A stretch of 64,000 nt of DNA. It comes from Eledone cirrhosa (lineage: Eukaryota). Numbering within the stretch: position 1 is the first letter of the stretch; each line of letters begins with the position of its first letter. A program made the translations under genes and the position numbers. Positions 24,955 through 39,052 of this stretch are shown here, piece by piece. A model generated the notes under the pieces. The model ran no database searches. It saw only the letters and a program-made list of their open reading frames with translations, and was not told where the DNA came from. Location: positions 13,268,001-13,332,000 of the forward strand of contig OZ024764.1 in assembly GCA_964016885.1 (NCBI GenBank), given 5' to 3'.

Positions 24955-26200
24955 GAAGAAGAAGAAGAAGAAGAAGAAGAAGAAGAAGAAGAAGAAGAAG
25001 ACAAAAGAAGAAGAAGACAGAAGAAGAAGAAGAAGAAGAAGAAGAAGAAGAAGAAGAAGAAGAAGAAGAAGAAGAAAAAGAAGAAGAAGACAAAAGAAGA
25101 AGAAGAAGAAGACAGAAGAAGAAGAAGAAGAAGAAGAAGAAGAAGAAGACAAAAGAAGAAGAAGAAGACAAAAGAAGAAGAAGACAAAAGAAGAAGAAGA
25201 CAAAAGAAGAAGAAGAAGACAAAAGAAGAAGAAGAAGAAGACAAAAGAAGAAGAAGAAGAAGAAGACAAAAGAAGAAGAAGAAGAAGACAGAAGAAGAAG
25301 AAGAAGAAGACAAAAGAAGAAGAAGAAGACAGAAGAAGAAGAAGACAAAAGAAGAAGAAGAAGAAGACAAAAGAAGAAGAAGAAGACAGAAGAAGAAGAA
25401 GAAGAAGAAGAAGAAGAAGAAGAAGAAGAAGAAGACAAAAGAAGAAGAAGAAGAAGACAGAAGAAGAAGAAGACAAAAGAAGAAGAAGAAGACAGAAGAA
25501 GAAGAAGACAAAAGAAGAAGCAGAAGACAAAAGAAGAAGAAGAAGAAGAAGACAAAAGAACAAGAAGAAGACAAAAGAAGAAGAAGACAAAAGAAGAAGA
25601 AGAAGAAGACAGAAGAAGAAGAAGAAGACAGAAGAAGAAGAAGAAGAAGAAGAAGAAGAAGAAGAAGAAGAAGAAGAAGACAAAAGAAGAAGTAGAAGAA
25701 GACAGAAGAAGAAGAAGAAGAAGACAAAAGAAGAAGAAGAAGACAGAAGAAGAAGAAGACAAAAGAAGAAGAAGAAGACAAAAGAAGAAGAAGAAGAAGA
25801 AGAAGAAGAAGAAGAAGAAGACAAAAGAACAAGAAGAAGACAAAAGAAGAAGAAGACAAAAGAAGAAGAAGAAGAAGACAGAAGAAGAAGAAGAAGAAGA
25901 AGAAGAAGAAGAAGACAAAAGAAGAAGTAGAAGAAGACAGAAGAAGAAGAAGAAGAAGACAAAAGAAGAAGAAGAAGAAGACAAAAGAAGAAGAAGAAGA
26001 AGACAGAAGAAGAAGAAGACAAAAGAAGAAGAAGACAAAAGAAGACAGAAGAAGAAGAAAAAGAAGAAGAAGAAGACAAAAGAAGAAGAAGAAGACAAAA
26101 GAAGAAGAAGAAGAAGACAAGAAGAAGAAAAAGAAGAAGAAGACAAGAAGAAGAAAAAGAAGAAGAAGACAAAAGAAGAAAAAGAAGTCAGAAGAAGAAA
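24955..26200. repeat. (GAA)n/GACAAAA polypurine tract
   Basis: Direct inspection. Confidence 0.97.
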
Positions 26201-26819
26201 ATGCAACGTAATATATCTTATTTTCGTGAACAGGTATCAGGTCACTTGGTTTTCATAATATTAATATTCCTATAAATAGCCACAAAAGCAATTTTGAACA
26301 TTGGTATGTATGTAAAAAGTTTCCGAAATAAGGGCAAACAAACACATAAAATATTAAATTAGCTATCTCTGAAAAGGATTATGATTCCTTGGTTACATGG
26401 CAATGAGACATGGGTATTGTGTGCAGAGGATATACGCAGACTGGAGAGGAACGAAGCTTGCATGCTCCGCTGGATCTGTATTAGTAATATACGTGAATGG
26501 CAAAGCATAAACGAACTAGTTCTATAACAATTGAAGTATTTATATTAGTAAAAGAGGAAGGAACAGAGGGGATAGTATATGACAGATGGTAAAATAATTT
26601 ACTGCTAAACAAGTATATAATGGGTTTTTAATGAGAATACCATGAGTAAATCTAAATAAGAATTTTGGGAGTGCCGATTTTAATCTCTACTTGACCAACT
26701 GGACAGTGGACAGGGCTGGTCATTTGGTGCAGTAGTATTAATCATAAAGTGTCAATTGGGGAAGGGGGAGATTTCGATTGCATGGGCACTTTTACACAAT
26801 CACTTTACATGCAACACAA

Positions 26820-28780
26820 ACTTCCAGAAACCTGCCAATCACCTAATAACCTACAAATCTGCCAGATTGACTTCCTGTTAGTTAGGCAGCGGGACAGGCC
26901 GATAGTGTCTAATACCAAGGCATACCCTGGGGAAGAATGTACCCCACAGCATAGGTTAGTTGTTAGTGATATCTCAGTAAGCAAGAGATGGAATGAGACA
27001 TATAGGAAGGTGTGGAGAAGAAAGGTCTGGAAGCTAAAAGACCTTTCACTAAAATACAAATTTAGGAAAGCCCTTCAAGATGTATATGACGAAAAAGAAG
27101 ATGATTTAGAGACGTATGACATAGATAATAACTGGAATTTCTTACGTGACAACTTGCTGCAGGCTACTGATGAAACCTGTGGCTGGAGCAGAGCTCCAAC
27201 CAGACAGAGAGTGACCTGGTGGTGGAACAGCACAGTAGATAAGGCTATTAGAGACAAAAGACTAGCATGGAAGGCTTGGAAAAAGGGTGGGAGTAGGGAA
27301 GAATATACAGCCACTAAGAGAGAAGCTAGACGTCAGGTGTACTTAGCACGCAGGGAGGCAGAGAGTAGCCAATGTTCTGCGACGGGAAGATCAGAGGCGT
27401 GCGGTGTTCCACATTGCAAGGTAGTGTGTCAATGCAAATCAGGATGTTGTTGGAGATAAATGTGTCCGGGATGATGCCGGTGTACTTAGTGTCACGAATG
27501 ATCAGAGAAAGGAGGCCTGGAAATGTCATTATGAGAGACTGATGAATGTGGAGAATGAATGGGAGAGAGAGAAATTACCCTTGGTGGATCCGACAGAGGG
27601 ACCAGCTATTGAGATTGACGAATATAGGGTCCAAGAGGCGATTAGGGAAATGAAAAATAGTAAGGCTGCCGGACCATCGGGAATAGTTGCTGAGATACTG
27701 AAGGCATCAGGGGACGTAGGCACTAAACTGGTTGCACGCATCATCAATCAGGCTATATATGGTGGTGTCATACCCAAAGACTGGTGCAGCAGTATTCTCA
27801 TAAATTGCTACAAAGGTAAAGGGGATGCTTTGGAGAGGAGCAATTATAGGGGTATAAAACTGATAGATCAGGTTATGAAAGTGGCAGAAAGGATTTTAGC
27901 ACAACTAATTAGAGAAAGGGTCAAACTAGATGAGATGCAGTTTGGTTTTGTGCCTGGGAAGAGTACAACAGATGCCCTCTTCTTGGTGAGACAATTGCAA
28001 GAGAGGTTCTTAGAGAAGAATAAGCCACTATACTTAGCCTTTGTTGACCTAGAGAAGGCCTTTGATAGGGTACCCCGATCTGTCATCTGGTGGTCCCTAA
28101 GGAAGCTAGGTGTTGAGGAATGGCTTGTGAGGACAGTGCAAACTTTGTACAGAGGTACTCTCAGTAAAGTCAGGGTAGGAATGGAGTTTAGTGAGGAATT
28201 CAAGATACAAGTAGGAGTACATCAGGGTTCGGTCCTCAGCCCGCTCTTGTTCATTATAGTCCTCCAAGCCATAACAGAGGAGTTTAAGACTGGCTGTCCA
28301 TGGGAACACTTCTCTATGCTGACGATCTGGTTCTTATAGCAGAATCAGTAGAGGAGCTAGAGAATAAATTCTGGCTATGGAAACAGCAGTTGGAAGCAAG
28401 AGGACTGAGAGTGAATCTAGCTAAGACAAAAGTGTTGATGAGTAGAAAAGAGGACAAAACCCTGATTCCGTCAGGGAAATGGCCATGTTCGATATGCAGA
28501 AAAGGAACTGGCATAAATTCTATAAAATGCACACGATGCAGATCCTGGGTACACAAGAGATGTAGCGGGATAGCAGGCAAACTAACAGGTAGGGAGAAAT
28601 ATGTATGCAGTAGATGTACAGGGAAATTAGACAGTAGAAGTCGCACTGATAGACACATTTTTCAAATGCAAGAGGGCGCTATAGAAGTGCTGGATAGCTT
28701 CCGGTACCTAGGAGATCAGATTAGCATGGGAGGAGGGTGTTCCGAGGCCATAGTATCTAGAATAAGGACGGGTTGGGTAA
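26820..28780 (+). mobile_element. RTE-clade LINE (end of APE plus RT), degraded
   Basis: QIDFLLVR, QHRLVVSD, QFGFVPGKSTTDA and LYADD motifs, with frameshifts. Fused to the 69-bp array. Confidence 0.92.
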
Positions 28781-30564
28781 AGCCTTTACTGTGAAAATAT
28801 AATAGTAAATATAGAGCATTGTAAATTTTATGTGAGATATTATGTGAGGTAAAGCCTTTACTGTGAAAATATAATAGTATATATAGAGTAATGTAAATGT
28901 TATATGAGATATTATGTGAGGTAAAGGCTTTACCATGAAAATATAATAGTATATATAGAGTAATGTAAATGTTATGTGAGATATTATGTGAGGTAAAGAC
29001 TTTACTGTGAAAATACAATAGTATATATAGAGTAATGAAAATATTATGTGAGGTAAAGCCTTACTGTGAAAATACAATAGTATATATAGAGTAATGTAAA
29101 TGTTATGTGAGATATTATGTGAGGTAAAGCCTTTACTGTGAAAATACAATAGTATATATAGAGTAATGTAAATGTTATGTGAGATATTATGTGAGGTAAA
29201 GACTTTACTGTGAAAATACAATAGTATATATAGAGTAATGAAAATATTATGTGAGGTAAAGCCTTACTGTGACAATACAATAGTATATATAGAGTAATGT
29301 AAATGTTATGTGAGATATTATGTGAGGTAAAGCCTTTACTGTGAAAATATAATAGTATATGTAGAGTAATGTAAATATTATGTGAGGTAAAGCCTTACTG
29401 TGACAATACAATAGTATATATAGAGTAATGTAAATGTTATGTGAGATATTATGTGAGGTAAAGACGGTGTGGATTGGCAGTATCGGTGGAGGGTCGGACG
29501 CCATGCTTTCCAGCATAGTTACGTCCCTTTACGATCTGAGTTCAAATCCCGCCGAGGTTGACTTTGCCTTTCATCCTTACGGGGTCGATAAAATAAAGTA
29601 CCAGTAATGCACTGGATAATTGCTGGCCTTGTGCCTAAAGTAGAAACAATTATAGAGTAATGTAAATGTTATGAAAGCCTTTACTGTGAAAATACAATAG
29701 TATATATAGAGTAATGTAAATGTTATGTGAGGTATTATGTGAGGTAAAGCTTTTACCGTGAAAATAAAATAGTAAATATAGAGTAATGTAAATGTTATGG
29801 GAGATATTTTGTAAGCCTTTACTGTGAAAATATAATAGTATATATAGAGTAATGTAAATGTTATGTGAGATATTATGTGAGGTAAAGACTTTACTGTGAA
29901 AATACAATAGTATATATAGAGTAATGAAAATATTATGTGAGGTAAAGCCTTACTGTGAAAATACAATAGTATATATAGAGTAATGTAAATGTTATGTGAG
30001 ATATTATGTGAGGTAAAGCCTTTACTGTGAAAATATAATAGTATATGTAGAGTAATGTAAATATTATGTGAGATATTATGTGAGATATTATGTGAGGTAA
30101 AGACTTTACTGTGAAAATACAATAGTATATATAGAGTAATGAAAATATTATGTGGGGTAAAGCCTTACTGTGAAAATACAATAGTATATATAGAGTAATG
30201 TAAATGTTATGTGAGATATTATGTGAGGTAAAGCCTTTACTGTGAAAATATAATAGTATATGTAGAGTAATGTAAATATTATGTGAGATATTATGTGAGG
30301 TAAAGACTTTACTGTGAAAATACAATAGTATATATAGAGTAATGAAAATATTATGTGGGGTAAAGCCTTACTGTGAAAATACAATAGTATATATAGAGTA
30401 ATGTAAATGTTATGTGAGGTATTATGTGAGGTAAAGCCTTTACTGTGAAAATATAATAGTATATGTAGAGTAATGTAAATATTATGTGAGATATTATGTG
30501 AGGTAAAGCCTTTACTGTGAAAATACGATAGTATATATAGAGTAATGTAAATATTAAAGAGTTA
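28777..30564. repeat. ~69-bp MITE-derived array with SINE insertion
   Basis: Unit tttactgtgaaaatacaatagtatatatagagtaatgtaaatgttatgtgagatattatgtgaggtaaagcc. Degenerate TIR at the right end. Confidence 0.92.
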
Positions 30565-30709
30565 AGTGAACAGGATGGTGTTCTAGTATATATACATACA
30601 TATAAAATGTTACCTGTTATAGAACCAAAATTCCAAAAGTGTATCCAAAATCAATGGCAGTAGGAGAAACAGTGCTGGGGATATTGTTTACATGAAGCTG
30701 TAGTTGTAG

Positions 30710-31630
30710 TGCTGATGATGGTGGTGGTGATGGCAGTGGTAGTGATGGTGGTGGTAGTGGCGAAGGTAGTGACAGTCTTTCAGTGAAGTCCTGGTGGTTG
30801 TAGTGGTGGTGGTGGTGCCAGAGGTGGTGATGGTGGTGGTGGTGGTGGCGACAGTGTTTGAGTGAAGTGGTAGTAATGTTGCTGGTGGTTGTGGTGGTGG
30901 TGGTGGTGGTGGAAGTGGTGGTGGTGGTGCCGGAGGTGGTGATGGTGGTGGTGGCGGCGACAGTGTTTGAGTGAAGTGGTAGTAATGTTGCTGGTGGTTG
31001 TGGTGGTGGTGATGGTGGTGGTGGAAGTGGTGGTGGTGGTGCCGGAGGTGGTGATGGTGGTGGTGACAGTGTTTGAGTGAAGTGGGAGTAATATTGCTGG
31101 TGGTGGTGGTGGTGGTGGTGGTGGTGATGGTGGTGGTGGAAGTGGTGGTGGTGGTGCCGGAGGTGGTGATGGTGGTGGTGACAGTGTTTGAGTGAAGTGG
31201 GAGTAATATTGCTGGTGGTGGTGGTGGTGGTGGTGATGGCTGTGAAGGTGGTGGTGGAAGTGGTTGTGGTGGTGCCGGAGGTGGTGATGGTGGTGGTGAC
31301 AGTGTTTGAGTGAAGTGGGAGTAATATTGCTGGTGGTGGTGGTGGTGGTGGTGATGGCTGTGAAGGTGGTGGTGGAAGTGGTGGTGGTGGTGCCGGAGGT
31401 GGTGATGGTGGTGGTGACAGTGTTTGAGTGAAGTGGGAGTAATATTGCTGGTGGTGGTGGTGGTGGTGGTGATGGCTGTGAAGGTGGTGGTGGAAGTGGT
31501 TGTGGTGGTGCCGGAGGTGGTGATGGTGGTGGTGACAGTGTTTGAGTGAAGTGGGAGTAATATTGCTGGTGATGGTCGTGAAGGTGGTGGTGGTAGTGGT
31601 GACGGAGGTGGAGGTGGTGGTGGCAGTGAC
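30710..31630. repeat. ~120-bp GGT-rich minisatellite
   Basis: gacagtgtttgagtgaagtgg recurs about 7 times. Confidence 0.9.
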
Positions 31631-31831
31631 ATAGCAGTAAGCCTGTATGTATGTATAATGATGTGTGTGTGTGCGTGTATATATCGCTTCAAAGGGCAGA
31701 GCCCATCCCTTTCTAGGCCTGAAAACAGCAGAGTTTTCCCAGAGAAAGATAGAAAGTGAGAGATATAGACCAAGAATTGACCCCAGTACTAGAAACACCA
31801 AAATGTTTGACCACCTCCACATTCTATTTAA

Positions 31832-33630
31832 CCCTTTAGCATTTACATTACTCTATACTTACTATTGTATTGTCACAGTAAAGGCTTTACCTCACATAAT
31901 ATCCCACATAACATTTACATTACTCTATATATACTATTGTATTGTCACAGTAAAGGCTTTACCTCACCGGTGGATTGGCAGTATCGGTAGAGGGTCGGAC
32001 GCCATGCTTTCCAGCATAGTTACGTCCCTTTACGATCTGAGTTCAAATCCCGCCGAGGTTGACTTTGCCTTTCATCCTTACGGGGTCGATAAAATAAAGT
32101 ACCAGTAATGCACTGGGTAATTGCTGGCCTTGTGCCAAAAGTAGAAACAATTATTCTATATATACTATTGTATTGTCACAGTAAAGGGTTTACCTCACAT
32201 AACATTTACATTATTCTATATATACTATTGTATTGTCACAGTAAAGGCTTTACCTCACATAACATTTACATTACTCTGTATATACTATTGTATTTTCACA
32301 GAAAAGGCTTTACCTCACATAATATCTCACATAACATTCACATTACTCTATATATACTATTGTATTGTCACAGTAAAGGCTTTACCTCACATAATATCTA
32401 CATTACTCTATATATACTATTGTATTTTCACAGTAAAAGCTTTACCTCACATAACATTTACATTACTCTATATATACTATTGTATTTTCACAGTAAAAGC
32501 TTTACCTCACATAACATTTACATTACTCTATATATACTATTGTATTTTCACAGTAAAGGCTTTACCTCACATAATATTTCACATAACATTTACATTACTC
32601 TATATATACTATTGTATTTTCACAGTAAAGGCTTTACCTCACATAACATTTACATTACTCTATATATACTATTGTATTTTCACAGTAAAGGCTTTACCTC
32701 ACATAACATTTGCATTACTCTATATATACTATTGTATTTTCACAGTAAAAGCTTTACCTCACATATCTCACATAACATTTACATTACTCTATATATACTA
32801 TTGTATTTTCACAGTAAAAGCTTTACCTCACATAACATTTACATTACTCTATATATAATAATAATAATGAAATTATTGTGTAAAGTGCTCAGGTGCACTA
32901 CAACTCGTCAATATAGTACATAGAATAATACACAAATGCCAGGGAAGTACATGTTTGTATGTGTTAGCTGTAGTGTTGGCGGATCTCGGGAAGCATGGAG
33001 GCCTTAAAGGATGCAGTGTCTCGACAGCTAACAACTGATGCAGGTAGTTTGTTCCATGCTTCAGCAACTCTGAGCGTGAAAAAATTTTTCCGAAAGTCAT
33101 GGGAACTGTGCTGTTTTCTTACTTTGTGGGCATGTCCACGTGTGTTAGACACATGGAAATCGAAAAGGCACTCAGGGTTGTTGTTGGCAACATGGTTAAC
33201 AATTTTGTGGGTGTTTACCAAGTCAGTTGCCAGGCGTCGGAGCTTCAATGAATCCATGCCCAGGGAAGCAAGGCGCTCAGAGTATGGTAGATGCCTGATG
33301 GAGGTATACTATTGTATTTTCACAGTAAAGGCTTTACCTCACATAATATCTCACATAACATTTACATTACTCTATATATACTATTGTATTTTCACTGTAA
33401 AGGCTTTACCTCACATAATATCTCACATAACATTTACATTATTCTATATATACTATTGTATTGTCACAGTAAAGGTTTTACCTCACATAATATAGAATCT
33501 ATAAGATTTTGATATTATATATTTTAAGAATAATACCTTAACATCAAAATGAGTGGCCATTTACAACTGGTTTGAACAGAAAGAGATGATAGAATTCTGG
33601 CCAGATATGGCCGGCTTAAATGCTAAAGGG
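31832..33630 (-). mobile_element. piggyBac-type MITE (TTAA TSD, TIR CCCTTTAGCATTTA) with internal ~69-bp tandem array
   Basis: ttaa|ccctttagcattta ... taaatgctaaaggg|ttaa. Carries nested SINE and CR1 insertions. Confidence 0.85.
32856..33305 (-). mobile_element. CR1-clade LINE 3' end inserted in the 69-bp array; second fragment at 53865-54012
   Basis: TRGHAHK...FFTLRVAEAWNKLP motif and (ATT)n tail. Confidence 0.88.
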
Positions 33631-34595
33631 TTAAAGATGAAAAAATGAAAAAAATTCTAGAAACACACACAAGATCATTAAATGTAAAAAGCAACCAAAA
33701 TCACTAAAACACATTCTCACTGGAACAAATATTCACAAACTAATCTCCAACCCTATGGTAACAAAATAATTGTTTCTACTTTTGACACAAGGCCAGCAAT
33801 TACTCAGTGCATTACTGGTACTTTATTTTATCGACCCCGTAAGGATGAAAGGCAAAGTTAACCTCGGCGGGATTTGAACTCTGTCCGCAAAGGGATGTAA
33901 CTGTGCTGTAAAGCATGGCGTCCGACTCTCTACAGATACTGCCAATCAGCAATGAATGAATATTACATAATTTATCTACTAAATTTCGTGGCTGTTGATT
34001 AAATATATTTTGTTTATTTAAAGATTCACTTCTTTAAAATTTCTGAAATGTCAACACTTCCGGTGGCAATCGCTTAAATAAACATACTAAGTTTCTGTCA
34101 CTAATTTTGTCCTAATGCAGTTTATATATAATATCGTCTTTTTTTAATGTATCATGGATTACTTTACTGATTACATAAAACAGTGTAACACAGTCGCCGT
34201 TCAATTTCTGTGTATATTGTCAATTAGGATTTTATTTGATGTATCATATCTACATGTATATATACTTGTGTATAATATCAATATACACATTACACATGCT
34301 AGCAGAAAACCACCCAGAGGGTGGTTTTTCTGCTAGTATCTGTAATGATTTAACTGAAAATATCTAAAGACTGGTTTGTTAATTCAAATGTTTATAGTGT
34401 CTTTACTTTTGGACAGATTGAACTTAAAGGACGTAACTATGCTGGAAAGCATGGCGTCCAACCTTCTACTGATACTGCAAAGGAAGAACAAACTGTGACA
34501 CAAGCTTATGCAGACCCTCTCGCTGCTATTTCAAGCGTTAACCTAATATATTCCTTCCTGTACCGATTGTGTTGTTATTTCTATTTACCTTTTAC

Positions 34596-34629
<34 letters not shown>

Positions 34630-34859
34630 ACTTACACACATATATTTATGTGTGTGTGTGTGTGTGTAAGTACATACACACAAACACATAAATATGGGTG
34701 TATAAGTACATGCACACACATATATATGTGTTTGTGTGTGTAAGTACATACACACACACATATGTGTTTGTGTGTGTGTATGTACTTACACACACACACA
34801 CATGTGTGTGTGTATAAGTACATACACACATATATATATATATGTGTGGGTATGTATGT

Positions 34860-35390
34860 GTGTAAGTACATACACATACATATATGTGTGTATGTACATA
34901 CACACCCACACACTCATACCTCTAAAACCATATACCTAAAATAGAATTTCTTTTCAAATCCTATACTTTTGACAATCCCATTTACCTCTCTTCCTTATAG
35001 CAATTGTCTATCTGAAAACTTATCCAGTCCCTTAACACAATTGAGATACACACACATATCATCATCATCATCATTTTATGTCCTTTTCCCTGCTTGCAAG
35101 GGTGGGACGGGAACTGATTCTGGTTGTGTAAGTACATACACATACATATATGTGTGTATGTACATACACACCCACACACTCATACCTCTAAAACCATATA
35201 CCTAAAATAGAATTTCTTTGCAAATCCTATACTTTTGACAATCCCATTTACCTCTCTTCCTTATAGCAATTGTCTATCTGAAAACTTATCCAGTCCCTTA
35301 ACACAATTGAGATACACACACATATCATCATCATCATCATTTTATGTCCTTTTCCCTGCTTGCAAGGGTGGGACGGGAACTGATTCTGGC
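34860..35390. repeat. 266-bp tandem duplication including a SINE tail
   Basis: 34969 and 35235 begin identical segments. Confidence 0.88.
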
Positions 35391-35943
35391 TTGATTTCTA
35401 CAGCTGGATGCCCTTCCTAACACCAACCTCATTTACAGTGTGGGCTGGGTGCTTTTTTGCCGTGGCACCTCCACGACCACTTTACAGTGGAATGATAGGG
35501 ACCCCAGTCTCTATCATCTCATTTCTACAGCTGAGTAAACTGGAGCAATGTGAAATAAAGTGTCTTGCTCAAGGAAACAACACATCACCTGGTCTGAGAA
35601 TTGAACTCACAACCTTTCGATTGCAAGGCCAATGCTCTAACCACTAAGCCATGTGCCTCCATATATACAGAATAATTTCTTCTCCCTAAAATTAATTTTG
35701 TTCTGTGAAAAGACACAACTACCACCACTACTACTACTACTATGATGACTACTTTTAGACCCAGTCTTCTCAACAAGAAAGATAAACAGACCTTCTTCAA
35801 CACTTAATTTTAAATTTATTATTTTTAATTCTTTTTAATTGTAATATTCAACATTCGATAAAATATTTAGACTGATACATCAAATCCTGTTATATTTTAT
35901 ATACATTATAAAACTTATTTTTTTTTTTTTTTAATGTTTCTCT

Positions 35944-38855
35944 CATTCTAATCACATGTCTATAGTATCAAAGCTGTTATCTCTCAATTCAGAGATTCTT
36001 TCCTGAGACATTCTAACCACATGTCTGTAGTATCAGAGCTGTTATCTCTCAATTCAGAGATTCTTTCCTGAGACATTCTAACCACATGTCTGTAGTATCA
36101 GAGCTGTTATCTCTCAATTCAGAGGTTATTTTCTGTGACATTCTAATCACATGTCTGTAGTATCAGAGCTGTGATCTCTCAATTCAGAGGTTATTTTCTG
36201 TGACATTCTAATCACATGTCTGTAGTATCAGAGCTGTTATCTCTCAATTCAGAGATTCTTTCCTGTGACATTCTAACCACATGTCTGTAGTATCAGAGCT
36301 GTTATCTCTCAATTCAGAGATTCTTTCCTGAGACATTCTAACCACATGTCTGTAGTATCAGAGCCGTTATCTCTCAATTCAGAGGTTCTTTCCTGAGACA
36401 TTCTAACCACATGTCTGTAGTATCAGAGCTGTGATCTCTCAATTCAGAGGTTCTTTCCTGAAACATTCTAACCACATGTCTGTAGTATCAGAGCTGTGAT
36501 CTCTCAATTCAGAGATTCTTTCCTCAGACATTCTAACCACATGTCTGTAGTATCAGAGCTGTGATCTCTCAATTCAGAGATTCTTTCCTCAGACATTCTA
36601 ACCACATGTCTGTAGTATCGGAGCTGTGATCTCTCAATTCAGAGGTTCTTTCCTGAGACATTCTAACCACATGGCTGTTCTAACCACATGTCTGTAGTAT
36701 CAGAGCTGTGATCTCTCAATTCTGAGATTCTTTCCTGAGACATTCTAACCACATGGCTGTAGTATCAGAGCTGTGATCTCTCAATTCAGAGGTTCTTTCC
36801 TGAGACATTCTAACCACATGGCTGTTCTAACCACATGTCTGTAGTATCAGAGCTGTGATCTCTCAATTCTGAGATTCTTTCCTGAGACATTCTAACCACA
36901 TGGCTGTAGTATCAGAGCTGTGATCTCTCAATTCAGAGGTTCTTTCCTGAGACATTCTAACCACATGTCTGTAGTATCAGAGCTGTGATCTCTCAATTCA
37001 GAGATTCTTTCCTGAGACATTCTAACCGCATGTCTGTAGTATCGGAGCTGTGATCTCTCAATTCAGAGGTTCTTTCCTGAGACATTCTAACCACATGTCT
37101 GTAGTATCGGAGCTGTTATCTCTCAATTCAGAGGTTCTTTCCTGAGACATTCTAACCACATGTCTATAGTATCAGAGCTGTGATCTCTCAATTCAGAGAT
37201 TCTTTCCTGAGACATTCTAACCACATGTCTGTAGTATCAGAGCTGTGATCTCTCAATTCAGAGGTTCTTTCCTGAAACATTCTAACCACATGTCTGTAGT
37301 ATCAGAGCTGTGATCTCTCAATTCAGAGATTCTTTGCTGAGACATTCTAACCACATGTCTGTAGTATCAGAGCTGTTATCTCTCAATTCAGAGGTTCTTT
37401 CCTGAGACATTCTAATCACATGTCTATAGTATCAGAGCTGTGATCTCTCAATTCAGAGATTCTTTCCTGAGACATTCTAACCACATGTCTGTAGTATCAG
37501 AGCTGTTATCTCTCAATTCAGAGGTTCTTTCCTGAAACATTCTAACCACATGTCTGTAGTATCAGAGCTGTGATCTCTCAATTCAGAGATTCTTTCCTGA
37601 GACATTCTAACCACATGTCTGTAGTATCGGAGCTGTGATCTCACAATTCAGAGGTTCTTTCCTGAGACATTCTAACCACATGTCTGTAGTATCGGAGCTG
37701 TTATCTCTCAATTCAGAGGTTCTTTCCTGAGACATTCTAACCACATGTCTATAGTATCAGAGCTGTGATCTCTCAATTCAGAGATTCTTTCCTGAGACAT
37801 TCTAACCACATGTCTGTAGTATCAGAGCTGTGATCTCTCAATTCAGAGGTTCTTTCCTGAAACATTCTAACCACATGTCTGTAGTATCAGAGCTGTGATC
37901 TCTCAATTCAGAGATTCTTTGCTGAGACATTCTAACCACATGTCTGTAGTATCAGAGCTGTTATCTCTCAATTCAGAGGTTCTTTCCTGAGACATTCTAA
38001 TCACATGTCTATAGTATCAGAGCTGTGATCTCTCAATTCAGAGATTCTTTCCTGAGACATTCTAACCACATGTCTGTAGTATCAGAGCTGTTATCTCTCA
38101 ATTCAGAGGTTATTTTCTGTGACATTCTAATCACATGTCTGTAGTATCAGAGCTGTTATCTCTCAATTCAGAGATTCTTTCCTGAGACATTCTAACCACA
38201 TGTCTGTAGTATCAGAACCGTTATCTCTCAATTCAGAGGTTCTTTCCTGAGACATTCTAACCACATGTCTGTAGTATCAGAGCTGTGATCTCTCAATTCA
38301 GAGATTCTTTCCTGAAACATTCTAACCACATGTCTGTAGTATCGGAGCTGTGATCTCTCAATTCAGAGGTTCTTTCCTGAGACATTCTAACCACATGTCT
38401 GTAGTATCAGAGCCGTTATCTCTCAATTCAGAGGTTCTTTCCTGAGACATTCTAACCACATGTCTGTAGTATCAGAGCTGTGATCTCTCAATTCTGAGAT
38501 TCTTTCCTGAGACATTCTAACCACATGTCTGTAGTATCAGAGCTGTGATCTCTCAATTCTGAGATTCTTTCCTGAGACATTCTAACCACATGTCTGTAGT
38601 ATCAGAGCTGTGATCTCTCAATTCTGAGATTCTTTCCTGAGACATTCTAACCACATGTCTGTAGTATCAGAGCTGTGATCTCTCAATTCTGAGATTCTTT
38701 CCTGAGACATTCTAACCACATGTCCATAGTATCAGAGCTGTGATCTCTCAATTCAGAGGTTCTTTCCTGAAACATTCTAACCACATGTCTGTAGTATCAG
38801 AGCTGTGATCTCTCAATTCTGAGATTCTTTCCTGAGACATTCTAACCACGTCTTT
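35944..38855. repeat. Second array of the same 65-bp unit
   Basis: Same unit and orientation, about 44 copies, with variant blocks. Confidence 0.95.
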
Positions 38856-39052
38856 AGTAAGATAAAAAATAACTATAACAATTATTGAATGGAAAAACTG
38901 AAAAAAAAAACCTTTAATTTGTAACAAACATCTTATAAATTATAGGCTCACATCTTAATGACTGAGAATTGAGGTTATGTCCAACAAAGAGAGAGAGGTT
39001 AAACACACAAAGAGACTTCTCTTATAATTATGTATTAAGTGTTGGTAGACAT

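Noticed and set aside
24926-26258. Poly-K/E/R and poly-F/L/S ORFs
   Set aside because: They come from the (GAA)n tract.
30617-31822. 401-aa ORF with a hydrophobic N-terminus (MWRWSNILVFLV...)
   Set aside because: The body is a GGT minisatellite and no in-frame splice to the FucT gene exists. The donor at ~30613 could at most end a 5' UTR exon.
34055-34065. acttccgg ETS-like promoter motif
   Set aside because: It recurs inside a dispersed repeat (also ~46420 and ~55313), and there is no TSS evidence.
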